Part shown: piece after piece, positions 49,766-59,486 of the stretch | How positions within the stretch are numbered: position 1 is the stretch's first letter | Layout: each line of letters starts with the position of its first letter | Assembly (NCBI GenBank): GCA_045807245.1 | Contig: JBJMHS010000008.1 | Location: forward strand, 1-64,000 | Direction: 5' to 3' | Length of the DNA: 64,000 nucleotides | From: Actinomycetales bacterium | GTDB lineage: Bacteria; Actinomycetota; Actinomycetes; Actinomycetales; CAVURS01 | Translations under genes and position numbers: made by a program | The notes under the pieces: generated by a model | What the model saw: the letters and a program-made list of their open reading frames with translations, nothing else | Database searches by the model: none | What the model was told of the DNA's origin: nothing

Positions 49766-50129
49766 CGTCATGGTTTACAAACCACGTTCCCTGAGACAGA
49801 CCGGCAGCATCGCTTCTCCTGCCGCCGAGACACCCCGCGGTCATCGATGGCGTGGCTGGATGGGTGCACTTCTGCTGGCTATATCCGTCCCAATCACAGC
49901 TGGCGTTGGCACTGAGGTGAACGACCTCGGCAAGGTCAACTGCGGGCGGGCGGAGTCGCAGGTCTACAGCCAGGCGAAGACAGCTCCGGATCTTGTTCGT
50001 TCGCTCCTGAAGAAGACTCGTCCGGCGAGCAGTTCCTGACGCCAAATGAGCGCCTCGTGTGCCCGAGCATGCTTCCAGCTTTGAACGCTGGTCTCAGCGC
50101 CGCAACAGCCCAGCAATGACGCGAGCGGT

Positions 50130-50292
50130 ACCTAGCCAGCTTGGCCAGCTGCAGGCTGTTGAGCTGGATCGCTCGTTTCGGCAGCTCGCGGGCCGGTCGA
50201 ATGGGGTCGGACCGCTTAGGGTCAGGCGTCGATAGGCCCGAAGTGCCCGGTTCAAAGGTAACGGGGCAGGGTTCGACACTGCCGCCTTAGGA
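50130..50292 (-). pseudogene. Copy of the 5' part of the HTH gene plus att-like end
   Basis: Near-identical to 51920-52080. Confidence 0.82.
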
Positions 50293-50317
50293 TCGTCAAT
50301 ACGCACAATGTACGAAT

Positions 50318-50345
50318 AAAACGACCCTGTAACGGGGTCGTTTTT
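50318..50345. terminator. Intrinsic terminator-like hairpin AAAACGACCC...GGGTCGTTTTT
   Basis: 10-bp stem with A-tract and T-tract flanks. Confidence 0.65.
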
Positions 50346-50574
50346 GTCCTTGTCGGGTGTCGCATCGTCCGTCGCGTTGATGTTGACGGATTGACTTAGA
50401 CGTTATCTGCGACCCTTGGGAGGGTTTGGGTCGCCTTAGGGTCTTGGCCATCGGTACATAGAGATCGGGCATGTGGCCTCGGAGTCGATGTACCGATGGT
50501 GATGTGTCATTTACAGCTGATCGATGAGCCAGTCCATGATGCACTCGATGACCTGAGTCGCGACGACACGGAGA

Positions 50575-51100
50575 ATGAAGCTTCGAACCTTTTTGAATTT
50601 GTTTGTGTGCGTGCTCGACCGCACTGATTTCATTATCGGTCTCTGCACCTCCCCGGTGATATGCGCAATTTATGGGTACCTTCATCCGACTCGGCTCGGC
50701 AGTGGAACCGGCCTCCGATACTTCTACATCGGAGCGACCGGACACCAGCCACCAACGGACCGACACCTGCGATCCGTGTTCCAGGCGCTGGTGCGGCCGG
50801 AACGTCTCGTCGAACTCATTCGCACCGACTGTGGCTACGACCTTGAGGGCAATAGCGAGTTTTCCGCCATGCGCGAGCTCATGGCGCACCGCCATCTCTT
50901 CGCCCACCGCTCCGGGCTCGTTGACCAGCAGTATCTAGACGACCTGCGTCTGGTCACCGGAAAGGCCTAACTGCCAACATGAATGACCTAGGATTCCCCC
51001 AGCAAGATGTGTACTATTTTGAGCCGCTCAAGCGGTTGAGTCCCAGCGCGACAGACGCCGGCTTGATCGAAGCAGCCAGGGGATTCTTTCGCGAACTGGC
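50575..51100 (+). pseudogene. Frameshifted HEPN-domain-like gene
   Basis: RHLFAHRSGLVDQQYL (Rx4H) at 50890-50907; reading frame broken on both sides. Confidence 0.5.
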
Positions 51101-51204
51101 AAACCACGGAGTTCAGCACTAGGCATTGCGGTTGCGGCGAGGCCGCAATATCTAGCTCTCAGCTTGCATGAACTGAGAAAATGAGAGCAAGAAGAGCAAA
51201 CGTA

Positions 51205-51651
51205 ATGCCTCGCCTCACGGCTAAACAGTACCTGAAGACCCATGACCGGATACGCCGACTCTGGCTGCAGATCCCATCGGTGTTCGCTGAGATCAGCCCG
51301 ATCGATCAGTGGCTGCTGCACGACTTCTTCGTGCCGGATCGGGATCTGAGTGATCTCGAGCTGCTGGCGTATCGCGATCGGGTGGCTGAGCAGCGGCCGA
51401 GCCTGCCGCACCAGGCCGGCAGGGCCTTGAGTCGGTTCTGGGAGGCGGCCGCCCACGCGGGGCTGCTTCGTGTCAGACGGGCAAAGGTCCCCGCTGGTGT
51501 GACCAAGCGCGTTCGTCAGGCAGATCGCCACCTGGTGGTCAAGCCATTGGTTCGTCCCGAGATCGACGTGCACAAGCTGGCTCGAGCCTTCCTGTGGATG
51601 GCGTACGACCGGGCACGGAACCAATCAGAGGGCGACGACCGGGCGGCGTAA
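51205..51651 (+). CDS. Hypothetical protein (module gene A)
   Basis: Intact ORF with three decayed partial copies to the left. Confidence 0.75.
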   Translation: MPRLTAKQYLKTHDRIRRLWLQIPSVFAEISPIDQWLLHDFFVPDRDLSDLELLAYRDRVAEQRPSLPHQAGRALSRFWEAAAHAGLLRVRRAKVPAGVTKRVRQADRHLVVKPLVRPEIDVHKLARAFLWMAYDRARNQSEGDDRAA

Positions 51652-51652
51652 G

Positions 51653-52084
51653 TCACCTGCCGTGGGTGTCTCGCATCCGCGTGCCTCGTTCGCGTAGGTA
51701 CCGGCGCACCGTCTCTGAAGCGAACCCAGTCCTCCGGCCGACCGCGACGAGCGCGAGCCCAGATCGGTACAACCGGACCATCTCCTCGATCTCGTTGTTG
51801 CTGGGGGACTGGAGCCGGAATTGGATGCCTTGCCGATGAAGGTGCAGGGCCACAGTCCGGCGATCTATCCCAAACTGGGCTGCCAGCTGGTAGACGGTGA
51901 CGCCGGCTTCGTACTCGGCGACCAGCTGGGCCAGCTGCAGGCTGTTGAGCTGCATCGCCCGTTTCGGCAGCTCACGAGCCGGTCGAACGGCGGTCGGACC
52001 GGATAGCGTCAGGCGTCGATAGGCCCGAAGTGCCCGGTTCAAGGGTGACGGGGCAGGGTTCGACAACTGTCGCCTTAGGACCAC
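51653..52084 (-). CDS. Tandem-HTH protein (module gene B) starting inside an att-like site
   Basis: YEAGVTVYQLAAQFGIDRRTVALHL and YRSGLALVAVGRRTGFASETVRRYL HTH motifs. Confidence 0.75.
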   Translation of the reverse strand: MVLRRQLSNPAPSPLNRALRAYRRLTLSGPTAVRPARELPKRAMQLNSLQLAQLVAEYEAGVTVYQLAAQFGIDRRTVALHLHRQGIQFRLQSPSNNEIEEMVRLYRSGLALVAVGRRTGFASETVRRYLRERGTRMRDTHGR

Positions 52085-52086
52085 CA
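52056..52086 (+). other. tRNA/tmRNA-3'-end-like att sequence GGGTTCGA...CCTTAGGACCACCA; probable island right boundary
   Basis: T-loop-like GGTTCGA and CCACCA end; coincides with the switch to host-like genes. Confidence 0.5.
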
Positions 52087-52161
52087 AAGTGTTGGTACGA
52101 GCGGCTCGCTCCTCCAGGCGCCAACCACGCGACCGGCCCGCCGACAGGTGCCGCCAGAGAC

Positions 52162-53247
52162 CTAGCCGAGCAGGTAGATCGAACCCGGGTCGCTGCTGCC
52201 CGTGACCGCGGGCGCGGTCGAGGCGTACAGATGACCGTTGGCCCATTCGAGCGCCGCGACCCCGGGCAGGCTGCCCACGGTGTCGACCGAGCCGCCTTCG
52301 ATCCGCGAGATCGTCCCGCTGAACAGGTTGGCGACGAAGATCGTCCCGAAGGGGGTGATCGCCAGGTTGGTCGCTCCGACGAACCCGCTCGCGACGAGCT
52401 CGGCCGTGCCCGACGAGGTGATGTGGTAGACGCTGCCACCCGCACCGACGACCTCAGAGGAGCCGGACAGCACCGACACGTACAGGTCGCCGTCCGGGCC
52501 CTGCTCGACGTCGGTCGGCACCGGCTCGAACCGGTACGTGACACCCACCGCGCAGGAGGGCAGACCGAGGCCGGTCGCGAGGTCACTCGTGATCTCGACC
52601 GGCTGCGGCGGGAGCACCGCGATGGTGGACACGTTGCCCGCGGCGTCGACGTTCAGGATGTCGTTGCCGCCGGCGTCGCCGACGGCCCAGTTGCCGCCCC
52701 CTGTTGCCGTCACCGAGTAGGCGTGCGAGTCGATGATTCCGGTGTAGCGCAACGGTGTCGGAGCGCCCAGCTTGCGCAACGCCTTGCGTGCGCACGCGTT
52801 GATCCGACCGACCGGGCCGTAGTGGTTCACCCGGTCCGGGTTGTTCGTCGCCTCGAAGCCGGAAAGGTCTGCCACGACCGGCTTGCTGTTGTGGGCCTTG
52901 ATGACCAGGCGGGTCTCCGAGTGGTCGCCGCTGTTGGTCGTGTAGGCCAAGGCGTGGGTCGACGGGTCGACGGCTACGCCGGCCAGGTCGCCACCCGTGC
53001 TCGGATCCGGTCCGGTCGCAATCGGTGCCGCGCGCCCGACCCGGAACAGCTGGGACGTGAACGAGTCGGCGACGAAGATCCGCTTGCCGTCGACTGCGAA
53101 CTGCAGCGGCCCGACGAAGGCGGAGGAGATGGTCCTCTTGATCTGCAGTTGGTCTGCAGCACCGGCGCTACCCGCGCCGCCCACGAGTGTTGCCGAAGCG
53201 ATGCCCATGGCGAGCGCCGTGATTCCGGCCGGCTTGGACAGACGCAT
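52162..53247 (-). CDS. Secreted ScyD/ScyE-family beta-propeller protein
   Basis: Signal peptide, DSHAYSV, DAGGNDIL, EPVPTDVEQGPDGDLYVS; GGAGG RBS. Confidence 0.88.
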   Translation of the reverse strand: MRLSKPAGITALAMGIASATLVGGAGSAGAADQLQIKRTISSAFVGPLQFAVDGKRIFVADSFTSQLFRVGRAAPIATGPDPSTGGDLAGVAVDPSTHALAYTTNSGDHSETRLVIKAHNSKPVVADLSGFEATNNPDRVNHYGPVGRINACARKALRKLGAPTPLRYTGIIDSHAYSVTATGGGNWAVGDAGGNDILNVDAAGNVSTIAVLPPQPVEITSDLATGLGLPSCAVGVTYRFEPVPTDVEQGPDGDLYVSVLSGSSEVVGAGGSVYHITSSGTAELVASGFVGATNLAITPFGTIFVANLFSGTISRIEGGSVDTVGSLPGVAALEWANGHLYASTAPAVTGSSDPGSIYLLG

Positions 53248-53475
53248 ACGTAGACCTCCCCAGTCCCCGAGGCTTGTGTTGCGCAGCGGTCCAAGAATGC
53301 AGACGGCGGGTAGCGGCGTAAAGGGGGAATACTGTCCGTGTCCGTCATGGAACGCAGAGGCGCGGAGCCGGCCCGGGGGTTCATCGGCCGGCCCGCTGCC
53401 CGGGCGCACTGGTGGCGATGGCCGCGATTCTGCGTTTCCTGGACCGGTGATGCGCGCCGAGCGCACAATCGCAGC

Positions 53476-56076
53476 GTGCGGCTGCTCGAACGGGAGTCCC
53501 AGCTCGCGGCGCTCGCCGAGTACGCCGGCGAGGCAGCGGGCGGACACGGCCGACTGGTGCTGCTGTCCGGTGAAGCGGGCGTCGGCAAGTCCACCCTGGT
53601 CGAGCAGCTGCAGGACTCGTGGACCGCGGCGCATCCGGGGACCCGTTGGTACTGGGGCGCTTGCGACGGCCTGTTCACTCCGCGGCCGCTGGGCCCGCTG
53701 CAGGACATCGCGAGCAGCATGGGTGGCAGCCTCGGCCAGTCGGTGGGCGACGGCGTCCCTCGCGATCGGCTGTTCGCGACCGCACTCGAGCAGGTCGCTC
53801 ACCCGGAGGCGCTGACCGTCTGGGTGGTCGAGGACGTGCACTGGGCCGACGAGGCCACCCTGGACCTGCTGCGCTACCTGGGCCGTCGCATCCGCAACGT
53901 CCGAGCGCTGGTCCTGGTCACCTTCCGTGACGAGGCGCTGGGCTCCTCCGACCCATTGCGCATCGCCCTGGGCGAGCTCTCGACGCAACGTACGACGCGT
54001 CGGCTCACCCTCGGCCCGCTGTCACCGGCTGCGGTGGCCGAGCTGGTCGAAGGGACCGAGCTCGGGCCGGAGCAGATGTACGAGCTCACCGGAGGCAACC
54101 CGTTCTACCTCGACGAGGTGCTGCGCCATGGCGCGGGCGACCTGCCGACGTCGGCGCGGGACGCCGTCCTCGCCCACGTCGGTGTGCTGGGCCCGCGAGC
54201 CCGCCAGGTGCTCGACACGGCGGCGCTGGTCGGCGTCCGGGTCGAACCGGCTCTGTTGCACGCCGCCGCCGACGCCGAACCCGCTTCCATCGACGAGGTC
54301 GTCGCAACGGGAGTCCTGATCGGCGACGACTCCGGTCATCTCAGGTTCCGGCACGAGATCGCGCGCCGGGCCGTGGAGGGGGCGGTCGGCGTACACCGGC
54401 GCCGGCCTCTGCATGCGCGGATCCTGGGCGCTCTCGAGGAGTCGGGAACGGCGGACGACGCCCGGCTGGCGTTCCACGCCGAAGGCGCCGGTGACGCGGC
54501 GCGGGTGCTGACCCATGCCCCCGCCGCGGCCCAGCGGTCGTCCCGCCTCGGCGCCCATCGGGAGGCAGCCGCACAGTACGAGCGAGCGCTGCGGTTCGCG
54601 GCCAACGCGGACCGGCCCACGCAGGCGGCGTTGCACGAGGCGCTCGCCAAGGAGTTCTCCTTCGTCGACCGCTGGCCCGAGGCGGCGACGGCGATGGACC
54701 AGGCCCTCGTCATGTGGCGCGAGGTCGGCGACCCGTTCCGCGAGGGAGCGCTGCTGCAGGTGCAGTGCAAGGTGCTGTGGCGCCTGTGCCGGGGCGATGA
54801 GTCCGCGGAGGCAGGGCGACGGGCGCTGGAGCTGCTCGAACCGCTCGGCCCGAGCCCGGAGCTGGCCCGGGCCCTGTCGCTTCAGGCCTACGACCTGTAC
54901 GGGCAGGGCCGGCGCGAGGAGGCGTTGGCGGTGTGCCGGCGCGTCCAGCAGCTCGCCGAGGAGCTCGACCTCCCCGACGTGCTGGCGGAGTCGCTCAACG
55001 ACGAGGGCTGCATCGTGGCCGACCTCCACGGCGAGTGGCGGCCGCTGCTCGACCGCGCCCTGCGCATCGCCGTCGACGCCGAGCTGCAAGGCCCAGCCGG
55101 TCGCGCCTATGCCAACGCCTACACCGTCTTCTCGACCTCACTGCGGTTCGCCGATGGTGAAAGGACCTACCAGGACGGCGTGACCTACTGCGACGACCAC
55201 GACATGGGCACCTACGGACGATGCCTGCGCGGCGAACGGGCCGTCGTACTGGCTCGGATGGGCCGTTGGGGCGAGGCGCGGGTGATCGCCGAGAACCTTC
55301 TGTCGTCCGATGCGCCGTCGTCCAACCGGATGAACCCGTTGCACGTCCTGGCCAGGGTCCGCGCTCGGTCCGGCGAGGACGGCGTGTGGCCGGCTCTCGA
55401 CGAGTCGGTCGCGAGCGCCGAACAGCTGGCCGAGATGGTCTACGTCGTCCCGGCCCGACTGGCCCGGGCGGAGGTGCACTGGCTCGAGGGCGACGCTGAG
55501 GCTGCGCGGGCCGAGCTGCATCGTGCCGACGTCGCGGCCAAGGTCTGCTCCGACTACGAGCGGGGCGAGGTCGCGGTCTGGCGACGGCGAATCACGGGTG
55601 CGAGCAACGGTGTCGACGTGACCCTGGCGCCGTACGCGATCGAGCTGTCCGGCTCGCCGGTCGAGGCCGCCTCCGCGTGGGACGCGCGCAGCTGTCCCTA
55701 CGACGCGGCGCTCGCCTTGCTCGGCTCGACCGAGCGGGCGCACCTGCTCCAGGCCGTGGAGCGCCTCGACCGGCTGGGCGCGACGGCCACTGCGCGGGTT
55801 GCGCGCCAGCGGATGCGCGACCTCGGGATCCGGTCTGTGCCCGCCGGGGCGCGAGCGGCGACGCGGGCCGACCCGGCCGGCCTGACGCGGCGCGAACGCG
55901 AGGTGCTGGAGCTGGTGTGCGCCGGTCACACCAACGACGAGATCTCGGGCCGGCTGGTCATTTCGGTGAAGACCGTCGACCACCACGTCTCGGCGGTGCT
56001 CGGCAAGCTCGGGGTGCCGTCCCGCAAGGCGGCGGCCGCCGAAGCCGCTCGCCGCGGGATGGTCGGCACTGCCTAG
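53476..56076 (+). CDS. LAL-type ATPase/LuxR transcriptional regulator
   Basis: GEAGVGKS, VVEDVHWAD, TGGNPF, C-terminal LTRREREVL...KTVDHHVSAVLGKL; leaderless CACAAT. Confidence 0.95.
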   Translation: MRLLERESQLAALAEYAGEAAGGHGRLVLLSGEAGVGKSTLVEQLQDSWTAAHPGTRWYWGACDGLFTPRPLGPLQDIASSMGGSLGQSVGDGVPRDRLFATALEQVAHPEALTVWVVEDVHWADEATLDLLRYLGRRIRNVRALVLVTFRDEALGSSDPLRIALGELSTQRTTRRLTLGPLSPAAVAELVEGTELGPEQMYELTGGNPFYLDEVLRHGAGDLPTSARDAVLAHVGVLGPRARQVLDTAALVGVRVEPALLHAAADAEPASIDEVVATGVLIGDDSGHLRFRHEIARRAVEGAVGVHRRRPLHARILGALEESGTADDARLAFHAEGAGDAARVLTHAPAAAQRSSRLGAHREAAAQYERALRFAANADRPTQAALHEALAKEFSFVDRWPEAATAMDQALVMWREVGDPFREGALLQVQCKVLWRLCRGDESAEAGRRALELLEPLGPSPELARALSLQAYDLYGQGRREEALAVCRRVQQLAEELDLPDVLAESLNDEGCIVADLHGEWRPLLDRALRIAVDAELQGPAGRAYANAYTVFSTSLRFADGERTYQDGVTYCDDHDMGTYGRCLRGERAVVLARMGRWGEARVIAENLLSSDAPSSNRMNPLHVLARVRARSGEDGVWPALDESVASAEQLAEMVYVVPARLARAEVHWLEGDAEAARAELHRADVAAKVCSDYERGEVAVWRRRITGASNGVDVTLAPYAIELSGSPVEAASAWDARSCPYDAALALLGSTERAHLLQAVERLDRLGATATARVARQRMRDLGIRSVPAGARAATRADPAGLTRREREVLELVCAGHTNDEISGRLVISVKTVDHHVSAVLGKLGVPSRKAAAAEAARRGMVGTA

Positions 56077-56222
56077 GTATCGTCGGACGTCTGACGACTT
56101 GGAAACTAGGTACCCGCCCCAGCAACCTGGGTAACGCTTACCGATCCCCGCACCCCCGCGCTCTCCCTACGTTCGTGGCACAGGTTCACATCGAACGTCA
56201 ACGAGAGCTTTCGGAGGACGCA

Positions 56223-56474
56223 ATGCCGCTCTACATGGATGTACACACCATTGCCGACGGCGTGGCAGTGGACGACGTCGCCCAGGCTCATATGGCCGAC
56301 CTGCAGACGCAGGGCAAGTACGACGTGCGTTACCTGCGTTACTGGGTCAACGAGCCCGAGGGCAAGGTCTTCTGCCTGGTCGAGGCGCCCTCGGCCGACG
56401 CCGCGTCGACCGTGCACCGCGAGGCGCACGGCCTGGTCGCGGACAGCGTGTTCGAAGTCCAGGAGGGGTCCTGA
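56223..56474 (+). CDS. DUF4242 / SCO4226-like small metal-binding protein
   Basis: MPLYMDVH...AHMADL...YW...KVFCLVEAP...VHREAHG; GGAGG RBS. Confidence 0.9.
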   Translation: MPLYMDVHTIADGVAVDDVAQAHMADLQTQGKYDVRYLRYWVNEPEGKVFCLVEAPSADAASTVHREAHGLVADSVFEVQEGS

Positions 56475-57061
56475 TGCGTCTGCGTCGGATCCTGGGTACG
56501 GCGGCCGTCGCCGCCCTGCTCCTGGCTGGCTCGGCGGCCAGCGCGTCGGCGTCCACCGGCACGGGCACCGGCACCGGCATGGGCACTGGCGACAAGTCCT
56601 TCTTCCATCTCCCCGGCATCCAGAAGCTGCGTCACGCGACGGACAAGTACCACAGCCTCACCGCGGCGACCGATGCGCAGTACGGCGAGCTGAAGGACAT
56701 CAACGGGATCTCGTGCATCTCCGACGACATGGGCGGGATGGGCGCGATGGGCGTCCACTACGCCAACGGCGCTCTGGTCGGTGACGGCAAGATCACCCCG
56801 ACCAAGCCCGAGGCGCTGCTCTACGCGCCGGACGCGCACGGCACCCTGCACCTCGCCGGCGTCGAGTACGTGGTCCTCAAGGCCGACTGGCTCAAGCACC
56901 ACACCAGCCGCCCGGTGCTGTACGGCCACCGTTTCAACCTGACACCGGCCGGCAACCGGTTCGGGCTCCCGGACTTCTACTCCCTGCACGTGTGGGCGTG
57001 GAAGGCCAACCCCTCGGGGATGTTCCACATGTTCAACCCCACGGTTCACTGCCCCGCCTGA
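56474..57061 (+). CDS. Secreted His/Met-rich hypothetical protein
   Basis: Signal peptide; GAMGVHYAN, PEALLY, LHVWAWKANPSG. Confidence 0.85.
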   Translation: MRLRRILGTAAVAALLLAGSAASASASTGTGTGTGMGTGDKSFFHLPGIQKLRHATDKYHSLTAATDAQYGELKDINGISCISDDMGGMGAMGVHYANGALVGDGKITPTKPEALLYAPDAHGTLHLAGVEYVVLKADWLKHHTSRPVLYGHRFNLTPAGNRFGLPDFYSLHVWAWKANPSGMFHMFNPTVHCPA

Positions 57062-57245
57062 CCGGTCGCAGTCGAGGCAGGACGGTCCGAGTCAGACTCA
57101 GCCGGCTGCGTGAGCCGTGACCTCTCACGCAGCCGTTGACCCGGACCACTCACCGGCACCGGCGCCCGCGCGTGCAGTCGCGGGCGCCGGTGCACACATG
57201 TCTGCGGTTCCGCCGTCGTCCGGCGAGATGAGGTGGTCCGACGGC

Positions 57246-59213
57246 TCAGGCGTGAGCCGAGGCGCGCTGGTCGACCCACCCGGGCAGCGCCTCCTCGGGC
57301 ATCGGCCGACCGACGTGGAAGCCCTGGATGACGTCGGCACCGAGCCGGCGCAGCGCATCCAGGGTCTCCTCGTCCTCGACGCCCTCGGCCACGACCAGCA
57401 TGCCGAGGTTGTGGCCGAGGTCGATCGCGCTCTGCACCAGCATCGTGTCGTCCGCGCTGGTCCGCATCGACATGACGAACGTTCGGTCCACCTTGAGCTC
57501 GTCGACGGGCAGGATCTTGAGGTACGCCATCGAGGAGTAGCCGGTGCCGAAGTCGTCGACCGAGAGCCGTACGCCGAGCGCTCGCAGCTGATGCATGATC
57601 CCGAGCGCGCGGTCTGGATCGTGCATGATCGTGCTCTCGGTGAGCTCGAGGCTGAGGTGGTCGGCCGGGACGCCGTTGCGCGCCAGGCTGGCAGCGACCG
57701 CGTCGGCGAAGCCGACGTCCAGCAGGCTGCGGGCGGAGACATTGACCGCCACCGGCAGCCGGACACCCTGGTCCAGCCAGTGGCGGGAGAACGTCAGGGC
57801 CTTGTCGATCACGATCAGGGTCAGCCGCTGGATGAGGGTCGTCGCTTCGGCGACCGGGATGAACTCCGACGGCGGCAGCAGGCCTTGGTCGGGGTGGTGC
57901 CACCGGACGAGAGCCTCGACGCCGAGCAGGGCGCCGGTGTCGGCAGCCACCTTCGGCTGGTAGTGCAGGACGAGCTCGTCGCGGTTCAACGCCTCGCGCA
58001 GCTCGCCCAGCAAAGCCAGCCGGGCCGGCCGCGAACCGTCCTGCTCGCCGCGGAAGTGCGAGATGCCGGTGCGGCCGATTTTCGCGTCGTACATCGCCAG
58101 GTCGGCGTGCCGTAGCAGCTCGGCCGCTCGCTCGGCCGGCTCGGGACTCACCCCGGCCCGGCTCGCGTGTACGGCGACACCCAGGCTCGCCTCGACGCTG
58201 ACCATCACGCCGTCGAGCATGAACGAGGACTCGAGGGCCTCGGCGATCCGGGTCGCGGCCCGATGTGCGGCCTCGCTCCCCCCTTCGGTGAGCAGCACGG
58301 CGAACTCGTCGCCACCGAGCCGGGCGACGGTGTCCGTCGGCCGGAGGACGTTCGTGATGCGGCCCGCCACCTCGATGAGCAGCTGGTCCCCTTGGTGGTG
58401 GCCGAGGGTGTCGTTGACCTCCTTGAACCGGTCGAGGTCGAGCATGATGACCGCCGGCTCGGTGCCGCCCCGCGCGGCCGCACGGACGGCTTGCGCGGCC
58501 CGGTCCGAGAACAGGACGCGGTTGGGCAGGCCGGTGAGGGCGTCATGCACTGCCTGGTCCTCGACGTGGCGCCGGTAGGCGCGGGTGACCATCGAGAGGC
58601 CGAACATGAGCAGCAGGACGAGCCCGAGGACGGACGGCGTGCCGACGTCGAGCGCCGCGGCATGGACGCGTACCGCCTCGAGCTGGGCGACCGCGCTCGC
58701 GTGGTGTTGGGCCTCGAGGGCCGCGATCTCGTCGGTCATGTGGACCAGGATCGGCTCGGCCTGGAAGCGCTGGATGTCCGGCACCTTGTCGGTCTGGCCG
58801 GCGTCGACCAGGTTGAACAGCAGGTTCGCTTGAGCCAGGTAGATGGTCTGCTCGTCCAGCAGGTCGCGGATCGCCGGCGCGTCCTGCACGGACTCGATGG
58901 CCTTGAGGGCCGACAAGAGCCGAGCGGCCGCGCCCTTGAACTGCTCCTTGCCCGCTGGGTCCTGGGTGAGCAGGTACTGGTTGAGCTCGGCGTCCTGGCG
59001 GGCTCCCCAGAACTTGGCCTCCTCGTAGAGGTCCGATGCCCGGGCCGCCGACTTCGCCGAGGCGGTCTCGGCGCTGATGGCCCGGCTGGCGAAGATCGCG
59101 ACACCTGATGCCAGCACCAGGACGATGCCCACGGCTGCACTGGCCCGGCGGCTGGCGGACGCACCCGGGCGCCACTCAGTCGCGCGACGGCGCGTGTGAG
59201 CGAGCAGCCCCAT
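57246..59213 (-). CDS. Membrane GGDEF-EAL diguanylate cyclase/phosphodiesterase
   Basis: Two TMs around an extracellular helical sensor, HDALTGLPNR, RLGGDEF, GVEALVRW, DDFGTGYSS. Confidence 0.95.
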   Translation of the reverse strand: MGLLAHTRRRATEWRPGASASRRASAAVGIVLVLASGVAIFASRAISAETASAKSAARASDLYEEAKFWGARQDAELNQYLLTQDPAGKEQFKGAAARLLSALKAIESVQDAPAIRDLLDEQTIYLAQANLLFNLVDAGQTDKVPDIQRFQAEPILVHMTDEIAALEAQHHASAVAQLEAVRVHAAALDVGTPSVLGLVLLLMFGLSMVTRAYRRHVEDQAVHDALTGLPNRVLFSDRAAQAVRAAARGGTEPAVIMLDLDRFKEVNDTLGHHQGDQLLIEVAGRITNVLRPTDTVARLGGDEFAVLLTEGGSEAAHRAATRIAEALESSFMLDGVMVSVEASLGVAVHASRAGVSPEPAERAAELLRHADLAMYDAKIGRTGISHFRGEQDGSRPARLALLGELREALNRDELVLHYQPKVAADTGALLGVEALVRWHHPDQGLLPPSEFIPVAEATTLIQRLTLIVIDKALTFSRHWLDQGVRLPVAVNVSARSLLDVGFADAVAASLARNGVPADHLSLELTESTIMHDPDRALGIMHQLRALGVRLSVDDFGTGYSSMAYLKILPVDELKVDRTFVMSMRTSADDTMLVQSAIDLGHNLGMLVVAEGVEDEETLDALRRLGADVIQGFHVGRPMPEEALPGWVDQRASAHA

Positions 59214-59486
59214 GACAAGGTCCCCAGCAGGTCGAGCGATCGGTTGACGTGTCCTGTTGTTCCTTGTCGTCCGATCGGCTGGCTTGCTGTAGGAAATCCG
59301 CCGCTCTCCGCCCGGTATACGGCGGTACGGCGGGCTTGTCACCTTCGGTACGCCCGAACGGGCGGTCCCGTGCGGCGATGGAACGTCTTTCTGCGACAAG
59401 CCCCCGGGGGCCGGGCCGTCGCCGATACGGTCCATGAGCCGTCACCGAAAGACGTTCGTTCTCGTTCCTCTCGCAGGGGGTCTTGC

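Noticed and set aside
53248..53988. N-terminal extension of the 608-aa ORF 52162..53988
   Set aside because: Antisense shadow of the LuxR gene; the real start with RBS and signal peptide is 53247
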